Positions 35,229-48,299 of a stretch of DNA of 64,000 nucleotides are shown here, piece by piece (position 1 is the stretch's first letter; the number at the start of each line of letters is the position of its first letter). The DNA lies in NCBI RefSeq assembly GCF_018977255.1, contig NW_024704743.1, positions 17,920,001 to 17,984,000 on the forward strand. Reading direction: 5' to 3'. The translations under genes and the position numbers were made by a program. The notes under the pieces were generated by a model. It worked only from the letters and a program-made list of their open reading frames with translations, searched no databases and was not told where the DNA came from. Origin of the DNA: Callorhinchus milii (taxonomy: Eukaryota).

Positions 35229-36959
35229 AATTCTGTAACAGTGAATACGGGATTTTAATGCCATGATGTAATGTATTAAAGTTTCCCTTTTTTGAAAGAT
35301 GGCCAGGCAGAATAGATAAGTAGGTAAAAGTAATTGGACTATCGACTAGTTATGGTTGACATAAAGATGTATTCAAGTCTACAATAAGACAATGATCAAT
35401 AAGTTGACCAGTGTTCGACCATCTTTACTGCCACCTGCAATATACGTGCTCCTCTATATCCTTTGAAATGCAACAACAACAACAAGATTACATTTGTATA
35501 GCGCCTTTCACGTGGGGAGGATGTCCCAAGGCGCTGGACTAATGGAGCAACTACATGAAGCAACTAACGGAGCTCATGTAAATGGTTGCACTGCATACAG
35601 GGTGCACACTAAACTTGAAAATAATAAATGTTTTTTTAATATAAAAAAGAAAAGAGGGTTTTATTCTATGATGTGCAAAATATGTACTTTAGAGCAAGCT
35701 GTAGTATTGAAAGCTAGGTCTGCAGGGTGCTTGGTTGAAAAGGAACAAAGTATTAACAGTTCTTTCTCCTTTCAACCCTTATTTTTTGGATATTTCTAAT
35801 GACTTCTCGGGGGCATGTTGGGCTGCATCAGCTGTTTCATTTTTCTTCGAGATCCACAGTCTAGGCAACTGCAACATCCATCTTTACAAAGTGCATTCAG
35901 TGGATTTAATTAATGAGCAGGCTGACTTCAACTCACTCTGTCTTTAACCAGAATGCAAAGTCTAATTGTGGTCCAAATTAGAGTGGTTAATGATCAGAAT
36001 CCAGAAGCAATTTATCAAAACTAATAGAGGTAAAGTCCCACTACCCTAGGCCCAACCCGCTTACGACAATGAACATACCTTTAGGGAGTATAGCCTTGCC
36101 TAGCTGATGTTTAATCCATTTTATGGAATTAATTTAATATCAATTAACTGGAGAGAATGTATTCCCCCATTAATTAGAATATGTTTAATTAATGTAATGA
36201 TGTTTCTTGCGCAGGCAACGGGAACACATGTAAGGCTTGATCTTTTCTATTAGCAGAATGGTCTGGGCCCAAGAATAACACAGCTCCCCTGGTTCAGGTG
36301 ATCAGGCCGCAATGTCTTTCTGACGTGAAAAAGCACTACATCAATGTAAATTGTATTGTATTGCTCTTTGCATATTTAGGATTTAATTAAATTTCCTACC
36401 ACACTGGGATTAACAATGAAGCCAGTGGTAGCACGAATGAACTTCACCTCATGCACTTCAAGATGTTGTCCTGCATGAATGGTGCTATATAAATGCAATT
36501 TGTTGTTGTTATTGCTTTAATCCAATTGAATGTAAACCATTCATTTCCCAGGCTGTGGTTCAGAACATTATGGGTTCAAAGCCCACATCAGGACTTGAGC
36601 CAGTGTCTAGGTTGGCACTCCAGTGTAGTGCGAGTCAACTAGATACAAATAAAGTATTTCAAACTGTGACTGGAGTATCAACCACTGTGGCCAACATATT
36701 TATTATATGATCAATCAAAGACTGAAAGAGTATTAAGCTTCAACTTGAATTTAGACTTTACACTGTATTTCCTTTTGATTTTAGTTGTCTAAATTGGTCC
36801 ATTCGGCTATGGGAAATCCCTTGAGATGTCCTGACGTGAAAGGTACCATATCAATATAAATTAGTGTTAATATAGTTCTGATCCTATATCTCTAACCTCT
36901 GGAATGTTTTCCCTCTATACCACTACTCTTCCACTCTCTATCTGTATTTAAGTCACATC

Positions 36960-37410
36960 TTAATATGTAGCTTTTTAAATTTGCCTATGACCATCTCCAA
37001 CATCCCCTCCCTCCTTTCCTGGTGTCCAACCATGTCCTTGTAAAGTGCTCCCAGAAATGACTGTACATGAAAGACTCTATATAAATACAAGTTCTTGTTG
37101 CTGTGGTGCTGGGAGAACACTGCATGGTCAGAAGTGTCTTTATTTGGATCCAACTTTAAGCCAAGATCCTGATTGCTGGCTCTGGTAGATGTTAAATATT
37201 CCACGACACAATTCAAATAAGTAAGGAAGTTTCTCCCATTACCCTGGCCAAGATTCCCTCAGTTTAATTGGTCATTCATCCCATGGCTGCTTGTAGGTCA
37301 TTGTTAGGGCAAATGACTGCTGTGTTTCCCTTCAAAAAATGGCACTTTACTTGTCAGCAATTATCTGTGAAGTGCTTTGAGCCATTTGAACATGGAATGT
37401 TGCTGTAAAA
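36960..37410 (+). mobile_element. Decayed L2 tail followed by old Deu SINE body
   Basis: CATGAAAGACTCTATATAAATACAAGTTCTTGTTG; GGTAGATGTTAAATATTCC..CTGTGAAGTGCTTTGAG. Confidence 0.6.
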
Positions 37411-39974
37411 GGGAAAGTTCTTTCTTTCTAGTTGCGTATAATTTGGATCAGCGATGAGATATCCGATTTAGAAAAATAGAACGATCTAGAGGCTGATTAG
37501 AGCTCAAATTGTTGTTTAATCCTCTTTTGAGTCTTTGATCAGTCATATTATAAATCAATAATTCTGGCCACAGAGATTGATAACCTTGGTCATAGGTTGG
37601 AATACCTTATTTGTATCCAGTTGTCTCACACTATTCCTCGGTCATAAATCCCCATTTTATTTATCAGCCCAGACTAATGGTTACAACTTGTACTGACAGC
37701 CAATACATTAAGCAATAAAGAATACCCCTGTGTCCTCTACCAAGCAATTGTGTATGGGGAGATAGATTGAAAGACAAGACCATCAGGTCAAATCTTTCAA
37801 TTGAACCTCTCTGCTAAAAATCCCTGGTTCAGTACACAGGCAGGTTCTCTATTTCTATTTTCTGATAGCAATTGTTCCATTTGATATGGTCCCTTATCAC
37901 ATTGTTGAAATGTCTCAAAGCGCTTTGCAGGAGTTACTGCGAAGTGCAGGGATTGTATATTTGCAGGCATGCACACTTTAATGAATGTTATACTAGTCTA
38001 AAGTAATGGTTTATACTGAACATAACATGATGGTATGGAATGTGATACTGTGTTTTATGTGGCCTTTGTCCCAGGCCACACATAACAGAGTATACGTGCT
38101 TGATAATCGAAATACACATCAATTTATTTAAGAGAAAACGTAATACATAGAGGAGGAAGAAGGGAATAGAAGGATATATGAGAGAGGATGAGGAAGCGAG
38201 GGGTGGAATATAAACACAGGCACAGATGATGAGTATAAACATTGGTTGTACTGAATAGTCTGTTTCTGTGCTGTATCACTTTATGTAACTTGTGTTGAAT
38301 AATTTCCAGTGCTATAAGCCATGTGTTCGTTTATATTTGTTGCAGACACTTTGTTGGGGTCCAGTGGTTCATGGAAACCAAACCTTGTGTGTTCCTGTTG
38401 AAGCAACTCACCCCTCCGGGGCTTGTGTGTTGTGAACCAGAGTGGTATGTTTCCTATAAATCACCAGTCTCTCATGTGAGTTCCCTATCTACAAATTGTT
38501 AGCATTTATATTCAATAGAGAAAACTATCAATGTTGTTTTCCTGACTTTAAAAATTGTTTGAAAATTGTTTAAAAATTGTTTTCCTGATTTTAAAATCCA
38601 ACAACAAACACAGGAAAGGTGTTCCAATTAGTGTTTATTCAGCAACTTATTGCAACTTTGCATGAGTTCAGAGGAAATCATCCAGAATACTTGCACTTGT
38701 TAATAAGGCCTTCCAGTTTTTCTCTTATCCATTACTGGGGCCAATTTTATGGGATGCCTGGTTAGAGAGTGGACAAATTGGTAGTGATGTTTTACAGTAA
38801 AACCTATGAAACACTTTGCGGTGTTTTCCCAATGTGAAACATGGTGTATTAAATGTAAGGATTGTTATTAATATTATTAGATTGTAGGCATATAGGGGAA
38901 TCCAGGATGCAGGGCTGTGCTAATGCAGGTGGTGTTGTGCTAATAGAGTGATAGAAACAGCAGTTAAAATGGGCTCTCGTAGACTGCAATGAGGTAGGAG
39001 CTGACAGGCATGGTGTTATATTGGGAATTGAATGCTTTAGTCTTTGCGTGATTAAAGCCCACTTGTTTGTTCATACATTGGGTCTCATTAAAAAATATAC
39101 ACCATGTAGTTAATCAGCGAGTAATCCTATTTTGAATAAAAAAGTGGAGCGGTATCGCAATCGGATATCTCCAGCAATGAATGCTTCTAAAGTCCCTGAT
39201 GTTTGGTAATTCCCAGTGACCATGATGAGACAAGAAGAAAAACTCACACAGATTGCTAGGATCTGCCGGATAACAGCTGGGGGAAGCTGATAGCAACAAG
39301 TATTTTATGCGGTATAAAAATCAACTGAGAAGCTGATGTGGAGATCTGTGTGTTAGCAAATGCATCATCAAATGTGCTTGGGTGTATTGTTAGAGTAACC
39401 ACAGTTAGGACATTGGTAACTGGTAAATTACACCTTATTGGTTAAAACCACCCCCACTACTATAAATAATAAATAAAAGAGGCTTTGGTCGTAATATGGG
39501 ATTTGACCAATTCAGCAACTTCCTAATTGGGAAGATTTTCCGAATTTAATCACAAACCACTCTTTTTGTTTTTGGTATTGAAGAATGTGGCTGAATTGAC
39601 CCCACAAATGCATCATGTCTTTTTTTGCTCACTCCTCACAACGTTCTTGTGTAAGATTTCAGGAAAGAGTGAACCAGCAGTTGATGTTTTATGGTGAGCT
39701 TCAGTGGTGGGAGACGCAAGGCAGTCCCGAGTCCAGGGCTTTCAGGAAGTTGCAATGTAAATCTGATCATTGAGAACCTTTCAGCAAATATATAAACTGT
39801 GAGGAAAATATGACATCAATGTGATAATTATCACTGTTGGTACGATCACATTGTTGGACATTCATCTCCTTTCACAGTCTCAGTCGAAAGGCTACTGGCC
39901 TCTAGTGGTTATTTAGTCTTTCACACTTATTGAAAAAGAGCACATTTGTTAATTACTGCTGGTATTAGTTATGA

Positions 39975-40298
39975 TACCTGTAGCTTAATGGTTAGAGGAT
40001 CTGGGTTCAATTCCGAGGCAGGGTGAAAGCTTAGGCAAGATTCCTTATTCAACATGCCTCTGTTTACCTAGCAGTAAGTAGGAACCCGGTTGTTTGTTGA
40101 TTGGCTTTTCCGGGGGTAATAATTCCGTCAAAAACAATTTGGTCACTCAATTCACAACTGTTTTTGGAACATTGCTGTCCGTAATTGGCTGCCCCGCTTC
40201 ACTCACATAATATACAGTCAATTAACTTTACAGTATATTCTGTGAAACGCTTTGAGATATATCGAAGAAGTGATATCAAATGCAAAGATTATTATTAT
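39975..40298 (+). mobile_element. tRNA-headed SINE, long form
   Basis: CCTGTAGCTTAATGGTTAGAG..GGGTTCAATTCC; internal segment; tail. Confidence 0.9.
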
Positions 40299-40769
40299 AC
40301 CCAAATTTTACCTCTGATAAAAATACCCTGATCACTTGGAAAGTAATAACTTGCCTGTGAACAGTTGAATCATAAAATTAGAAACGCTTTGTATATCGGT
40401 TCTTTAGAATTTGTCTCTTGCTATGGATCTGTAAGTAGAATGTATTGCTAACTAACTCGTTGTAAATGGACATTGCTAACAATAGGAACACAAATAATGG
40501 ATCGATGTTCAGGTTTGTTTTCACTGTAATAAGATAGTAATTTGATTATAAAAGGAGTTTTATTGCATCGCATCAAGAGATCTAAGAACCTGGAGTTTCC
40601 CTCACTGCAAACTGGTTCTGTTGCACGACATAAACAAGAAGACTATTCACAGTGTTCCCATTGTCTAATCAAACATTCAGTCTTGTATTTGTACAGAATC
40701 TGTTTTACAAATATGATGGAATATGTGGTAGTTTCTCTGAAGCAAAGCGAGTGATTAGTGAAGGATGAT

Positions 40770-42532
40770 ACAGAGTTCAGTTCAGTGGAGCACAAAGTGA
40801 TACAAGACAAAAAAAGGAAAGCTTCTTGTGGAGGCAGAGGGCATGGAAGAGATACTGAATCAGCACTTTGCATCTGTCTTCACAAAAGAAAAGGATGTTG
40901 CCAATGTCATAGTAAAGGAGGAGAGGTGTAGAGAAATTGGATAACATAAAAATAGATAGAGAGGAGGTATTTAAAAGGTTGGCAGCGTTCAAAAACACCT
41001 GGTCTGAATGGAATGCATCCTAGGTTGCTAAGGGTGGAAATAGTGGAGGCTCTGGCCACAATCTTTCAATGCTCCTTGTATATGGGAGTGGTGCCAGAGA
41101 ACTGGAGGGTTGCAAGTTACACCTTGTTCAAAAAAGGGGAGAAGAATAAACCTGATAATTACAGACTAGTCAGCCTAACATCGGTGGTAGGGAAACTTCT
41201 AGAGACCATAATCTGGGACAAAATAAATTTTCACTTGGAAAAACATGGGTTAATAAAGGACAGCCTAAAGGCAAATTGTATCTAATTAACTTGATTGAAT
41301 TCTTCAATGAAATAATGGGGAGAATTGAGTAATGGACAGTTGATGTTGTGTATATGGACTTTCAAAAGACATTTGATAAAGTGCCACATAATAGACTTGT
41401 TAGTAAAATTGAAAACCATGGAATTAAGGGAACAGTGGCAGCGTGGATCCGAAATTGGTTGGGAGACAGAAAGCAGAAGGTAGTGATGAACGGTTATTTT
41501 TCTGTCTGGAGGGAGATGTACAGTGGTGTCCCCCAAGGGTTAGTATTAGGACCACTGCTCTTTTTAATATATATTAATGACCTGGACTTGGGTATAGAGA
41601 GCAAAAATGTTAAAGTTCGCAGGTGACACAAAACTTGGAAACGTAATAAGCAGTGAGGAGGATAGCAGCAGGCTGCAGAAGGACATAGGCAGGCTGGTGA
41701 AATGGGCAGACCCATGGCAGATGAAATAATACAGAGAAGTGTGAAGTTATGCATTTTGGGAGGAGGGATGAGGAGAAGCAATATAAGATAAATCGTACAA
41801 TTTTAAAGTGGATACAGGAAAAGAGAGACCTGGGGTTCACATTCACAAATCTTTGAAGGTAGCAGGACAAGTTGATAAAGCTGTTAAAAAAGCATATGAT
41901 ATCCTGGGCGTTATAAATAGAGGCATAGAGTATAAAAACAAGGAAGTTATGTTGAACCTTTACAAATTGCTGGTTAGACCTCAGCAGAAGTATTGTGTCC
42001 AATTTTCGGCACCACACTTCAGGAGGAATGTCAGAGCCTTGGTGAGGGTGCAGATGAGATTTATTAGAATGATACCAGGGATGAGGGACTACAATTATGT
42101 GAAGAGACTAGAGAGGCTGGGATTATTCTCCTTAGAGAAGAGAAGGTTGAGGGGAAGTTTAATATAGCTGTTCAAAATTATGAGAGGTTTTGATAGAGTA
42201 GATAGGGAGAAACTATTTCTCTGGCGGGTGAGTCAGTAACCAGAGGACAAAGATTTAAGATAATTGGCAAAAGAACCGGAGGGGACAGGAGGAGATTTTT
42301 TTTTACCCAGAGAGTTGTTATGATCTGGAATGCACTGCCTGAAAGGATAGTGGAAGCAGATTCAATAACAGCTTTCAAAAGGGAATTAAATAGGTACTTA
42401 AAAAGGAAACATTTGCAGGGCTATGTGGTAAGAGTGGGCGAGTGGGAATAGTTGGTAGCTCTTTAAAAAAGCCAGCAAAGGCGCAATGGGCCAAATGGCC
42501 TCTTTCTGTGCTGTAAGAATCTCTGATTCTAT
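40770..42532 (+). mobile_element. 5'-truncated CR1 LINE (RT plus 3' UTR)
   Basis: [63 protein letters not shown]; terminus AATGGCCTCTTTCTGTGCTGTAAGAATCTCTGATTCTAT. Confidence 0.96.
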
Positions 42533-43389
42533 AAGAGCACAAGTGAATGAAGGGAACAGAGAGCTATGCAGTGTACGGTTACTGCTTAGGAGACACTGCA
42601 CTGTAGTCGCCCAGTTAGACAGAGAAAGGAAAACAGGGTAAACATCTATGTGTCATTTCTGCCAGTTTTCATTGTGAAGAACTGAGAGGTAAATACTGTG
42701 ATTCTCTGACCAGATAAAGATTGTATTCATTAATCAAGCCCTTAAAACCAGAAATGACACCTTGTCTCAGCATATAAGACTGATACCAGACATGAGTGGC
42801 TACAGCCATCAAGAAAGGTTTGACAGGGTTGGAGCATTTTACTGTAGAATTCAGATGATTGGAGTTGCTTAAGATTATGAAAGCATTTGATAAAGTGAAT
42901 GTTGATGCACTGTTTCCACCAGTTGGTGAGTCCAAACTGAACGGCAAAATCATAAGATAAAATAGGGAATTTAGGAGGAACTTCACAACTGCAAACTGCT
43001 TTGAGACATCCTCCCGACAAGAAAGGCAATATATAAAATGCAAGGATTGTTATCATTATTCCTTATTCATTATTCAAAACCTGAAAGTAAAGAAAGATCC
43101 CAAGTGTCAGAGAAAGAGGTGAGAGTCAAGGGGAATTGAAGCTGGAGAGATGAGCTGCAATGTTTACTTTACCTTTTTCAAGCGAGAGCTCAGGTTCAGG
43201 GGAGTGAAGGGCAATTGTGGAACAGAGACCTGCATTTCTTTAAAATGTTTTGTAAAGAATGACAAATGTTTGTAAACAATCCTTGCATTTTATACATTTC
43301 AGCGCCTAGGGACGTCCTTCCGATATGAAAGGCACTGTATAGATGCAATTTGTTGTTGCACCCTGGTACACCAGCCACCTTCCCTCTCT

Positions 43390-44980
43390 TAAGGCTCAGG
43401 TGTGTGCCGCTGAATGCACCTGGCTCAAATCCAACTTAACTTAATCTAACTTAGTCCATCGGCAGTTTTGACTGGACTTTATTAAATCTTACCATTCTGC
43501 CCTCGCCTCCGCTAAACTGTCCTTCTACTCCAAGACAATCTTGGAGGCCAAGGACAACCCCATGCTCCTCTTCTCCTTCACCAACCGGCTCCTCCGCCCA
43601 CACTCTCAAGCCTCGCCATCCTCTCCTCCAACGACAACTGCGAGGCAATGCCGGACTTCCTCGAAACCAAAATCAAGGTGGCTCAGCTGCCTTTGCCCTT
43701 CCGTCTGCTACCCCATTCCCACCTCCCCCTCACATCCTGGGCCCTACCCATCCCTCCCTCTACACCTTCAAACCTGTCTCCCATTCCGCTCTCACCACCA
43801 CTATAACCCGCATGAAACCGACCACCTCCTCCTCCCTCAACACCATCCCTACGCCTCTCCTTACCTCCCAGCTCCACCTCCTTGTCCCTTTACTTACAGA
43901 ACATCATAAACCTCTCCCTATCCCCTAGCACCATTTCCACCCATTTAAAAGCACTGTCATCACCTCTATCCTTGTCCTTGGTCCCTTCCTCTTCAACATC
44001 TATATCCTCTCTCTTGGTGACATCATCTGCAGACATGGGGTCAACTTCGACATGCGGGTGACACCCAACTGTACCTCTCTGCCTCCATCCTTGATTCCAG
44101 GACCACTGCTGTCCTGACCGAATGTCTGTCAGACATCAAGTCCTGGATGAGAGCTATCTTTCTTCAGTTGAATGCCAACAACACCGAGGCTCTCCTGATT
44201 GGCTCCTGTCAGCGCCTCCACACCTCAGGCGCTAACAGCATCACCATCCATGAATGCACACTCCACCTTACTGAGCCAGTCCAGAACCTTGGTGACTTGT
44301 TTGACCCTCAACTATCTTTTATACCCCACACCTGAGCCATGACCAGCTCTGCCTTCCCCCACATCCGCAACATCGCCCGGCTCTGCCACTGTCTCATGCC
44401 GCAGGCCACCAAAACCCTCATACATGCATTCATAACATTCAAACTTGACTATCCAAATTCCCTACTTGTCGGCCTCCCCAACTCCTCCATCCACAGACTG
44501 CTGATCATCCAGAACTCTGCAGCCCATGTGCTCTCCTGCACCAGACTCCACGACCCTATCACTCCCATTCTTGCCCGACTCTACTGGCTTCCCATCATAC
44601 AGGATACAGTTCAAGATCCTGGTCCTCACCTAACCGCCTAACAACCTGCTCGCTCCCTCCGCTTAGTGGGCTCTGACCTGCTTCACTTGTCCCTTGCCTC
44701 GCCTGCCCCACCGTTGGTGGGCAGGCCTTCAACTACTCTGCCCCCACCCTCTGGAACTCCATCCTGCAGTCCCTCTGCCTCACCCCCTCTCTTGCCTTCT
44801 TCAAGACCTGTCTCAAGACCCTCCTCTTCAACGTGCCTTCAATCACCCTCCTTCTCCCCTTGCCCTCCATCCTCCTCGATCCCGACACCCACTCGAGTCC
44901 GAAACACTGATTGTCCAGCTCTTTGGGACATCCTCCCGACATGAAAGGGGCTATACAAATGTAATTTTGTTGTTGTTGTC
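43390..44980 (+). mobile_element. L2-B LINE, internally deleted, with 3' tail
   Basis: Pre-RT linker (KDNPMLLFSFTNRLL); jump near 43975 removes part of the RT; HIRNIARL, LYWLPI; tail TACAAATGTAATTTTG(TTG)n. Confidence 0.93.
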
Positions 44981-45554
44981 AACTGAAACAGGTTATCGTG
45001 AAGGTTAGTGAACAGCAGAACATTAAACAATCAGTGGTGCTGTAATGGGAAGAGAGTAGGGCTGGTGGTTAGGAAGGAGGAGCTTTCCTCTTCCAACCTC
45101 TAGTCATCCTTTCAATTTGTTTGTTTTGAAAATGCAATAGGGGGAAAAGAAAACAATTTGAGGCACAAAGCGAGCAAATAATAATTCTTGTGTAAGAGCT
45201 GACTTTTAGAAAGCTGAGAACTTACTAGCTAGCATATAGGGTAGAAGCTCTCATTACTCCGGTGTAAACAAATGGATCGTTCAACCACTTATAACATTCT
45301 TTCTGAACAAAATGTCATACCTTGTATTTCTGTTTACTGAATAGTAAATAGCCTGAATGTTAATCAGAGTCACCAACCAAACAACAGTGGTAGTGCTGCT
45401 CACTATAAAATGCAGACTTGGCAATTGCTTTGGTTGAGCGCACATTTTAACATGTGAAGTTCTGTGTTGTATAACAACCAGTTTTAGAATTGCATTGTCT
45501 GGATTTATTTTATTTCAAGTTTTAAAGATACATTACACTCTGTCCTTTGTGCGC

Positions 45555-46120
45555 TCACACCCAATGCACACTGAAACCCTTGCCCACACTTTTGTCACCT
45601 CCTGCCTTGACTATTCCAATGCCTTCCTCGCCGATCTCCCCAGCTCCACAATTCATAAAATCCAACTAGTTCAGAACTCTCACCCGCTCCAAACTTCACA
45701 CTCCTATCAGAGCAGCCCTTGCCAGGTTCCACTGACTCTCTATCACAAAATAGATCAATTTCAACATCTTCACACTTGTCTACAAGTCCCTTCATGCTTG
45801 GAACCTGCCTACATCTCCGACCTGTTTACTCCCCAATCTATCATTCGCCACTTCCGCTGGCTCTGGCCTTCTGCTTGTCCTTCGTCCCTCCGCTCCATGA
45901 TCGATGCCGCTACCTTGCAGCCACTACCCTCCCAAAATTTGGAATTTTCTCCCTCAATTCCTCCTCCTTGCTGCCCTCCTTCCCCTTTTTTAGATTTTGC
46001 CTGAAGACCTTCCTCTTTGATCATGCTTACTGTCACTTGCATCCTTCCCCTGGCTCCGCCACCTTTAAGCACTCGAGATACTACCCCGTGTGAAGGTTGC
46101 TATATAAATGCAGGTTGGTC
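45555..46120 (+). mobile_element. L2-C 3' fragment
   Basis: ETLAHTFVTSCLDYSNAFL; GATACTACCCCGTGTGAAGGTTGCTATATAAATGCAG. Confidence 0.88.
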
Positions 46121-46259
46121 TTGTGCATTTTAAAAATATCCCAGCTGAATCACTTTATAGATCATTTTATTTGTGGAGGCAGCAACTTGGTGAGTCTTGT
46201 TTAAAGGAACAAACGGCTTAGCATTCTGTTTCCCAAAAAGAGAACACGAGTAAATGAAC

Positions 46260-46530
46260 TCAGTCTAGGCTGACACTCTAATTTAATACTGGGGTATGCT
46301 GCATTGTTGGAGCTCCATCCTTTAGATTAAAAGTTAAATTGAGATCTCATCTATCTTTTCAGGTGGACATTAAAGAATCCATGGCACAATTTGAGAAGAG
46401 AAAGGAGCTTTTCCTGGTATGCTGACAAACAATCTTTCAAAATAAATTGGTCATTCATCCCCTGATTGTGTGCAAATTGGTTGCTGTGTTATCCTGCAAT
46501 ACAGCCACAGCAATTAACAGTAATTACTGT
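46260..46530 (+). mobile_element. Old Deu-domain SINE body
   Basis: CTAGGCTGACACTC..CAGGTGGACATTAAAGAATCCATGGCAC. Confidence 0.75.
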
Positions 46531-46619
46531 AAAAAAAGTATTTTTTTTAAAAAGCACTATTGAAATCATGTCTGGACCCTGCATTCTTAAATGCTGTTTC
46601 TGAAAAATGTGATTTGGTT

Positions 46620-47046
46620 AATAATAATAATCATAATCCTTGCAGTTGATCCACCTGACGTGAAAGGTGCTAAACCAATGTAATTTTGTTGTTGATATAG
46701 TGCCTTATCATATCTTCTAGACGTCTCAAAGTGCTTCACAGAATATTACTGTAAAGTGAATTGACTGAATATCTCACGGTCGAAACACAGCAGCCAATTG
46801 CGCACAGCAGTGTCCCACAAACAGTCGTGGATTGAGTAACCAAGTTATGATTTTTTTTCTTGCAGGAATTATTACCCCTGGAAAAGCAATCCACCAATCA
46901 ACTAACAACCGGGTTCCTACTTACTGCTACGTAAACGGAGACGTGTGGAGTGAGGAAATTTGCCAAACATTTCACCCCACAGGGAATCGATTCCAGTCTC
47001 TCGCTTGCGAGGTGAGTTCTCTAACCATTGAGCTACAGGACTCCAC
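46620..47046 (-). mobile_element. Full-length tRNA-headed SINE, long form, with a small L2-tail insertion
   Basis: Head GTGGAGTCCTGTAGCTCAATGG; anticodon arm CTCAC-CTCGCAA-GCGAG; insert at 46651-46696. Confidence 0.92.
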
Positions 47047-47429
47047 GTTAGAACGGTATATAGCAGCCAATGATGATTTACTTGCAATAATGAGTATTTG
47101 ATGCTTCTGAAACAGCTAACAAAGCGAATGGGCGGTTTAAAGTGGAAAAGTGTAAATATAAAATGAAACTAGCTGGATGGTAAATACATGGGAGAATAAA
47201 AAGAGTTTTCAGACTCGCTCCCCCCCTCCCCCCCACCCCACACACACACGCTTACGAGGAAGATGCAAAGAATGGATATAACATGATGGACAGAACTAAC
47301 ATGATCTGAATCACACAAAGGACCAGGTATGGAGCAAACTTGACAATCTATAGACAGCGTGAAGGTCAAGGAGGAAACATTTTTGTGCAATTGGATGACA
47401 GGTCTCTGAACTCATACCACACTGGAGAT

Positions 47430-47820
47430 GTCAGCCTGCCTTAGCTGTAGGCATTCTTATCTCTGAGTCCGAAAGTTGTTGTGGGTTCAATTCATCTCCT
47501 AGTCTGGGGTGATACTCACTGCACCGTTTGGTGTCTGTTGGGTTATTAGAAGTGCTGTCCTTCAGATGACATGTTAAATTGAGATCTTATCTACCGCTCT
47601 TCAAATGGGTATTAAATATCTCAAGAGACCATTCAAAAAGAGAGAGAAATTTCTCTTGGTGTGCTGGCCAACAATTCTCCAGTTAAATTGATCTTTCATT
47701 CCATGGCTACTTTGCTGTGCGCAAAATGGCTGCTGTGTTTGGCTACAAAAACAATCACTACCTTTTTTAGTAATTGCTGTAAAACACTTTTCAATGTGAT
47801 AAGGTTCTATAACCATACAG
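47430..47820 (+). mobile_element. Old Deu-domain SINE
   Basis: GTCAGCC..TCTGAGTCCGAAAG..GGGTTCAA; TTCAGATGACATGTTAAATTGAG; TTGCTGTGCGCAAAATGGCTGC. Confidence 0.8.
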
Positions 47821-48299
47821 TCCTTTCAATTTAAAATGCTAAAAAATCAAAACCAGGTTATGTATGTGAAAAACATCAACTATTTACAATTATTATGAAG
47901 GTTAATGAATAGCTAGGAAAATGTTAGAGGCAACAATTTATTTGTGGCAGGCTGTTGACTCTCATAAACCTTTCAGTCTTCAATCTTGTAGTTTAGGATC
48001 TTGTTTTGGTTCCTATCAATTGAATTATTGCTTCAATCTCACCGCCAGTCCTTATTGATCCCCTAGGAATTAACAGTTATTTCACTGGTTACTGTAAGAG
48101 CATCACCTTTAAACCCTGGTGATTCCCATATGAACAGTCCTGCCAGAATCTGGCTCTTACAAGAAAGCAACACAATCCACCTTCATCCCCCTCACCCTTC
48201 TAAAACACAACAGTTTACCAATTGCAGGCACATAAATTAATAAAATTTGTGACGTCTGGGAACATTGCTTAGCTTTGTTATCCCACCCATAGTATAGTC

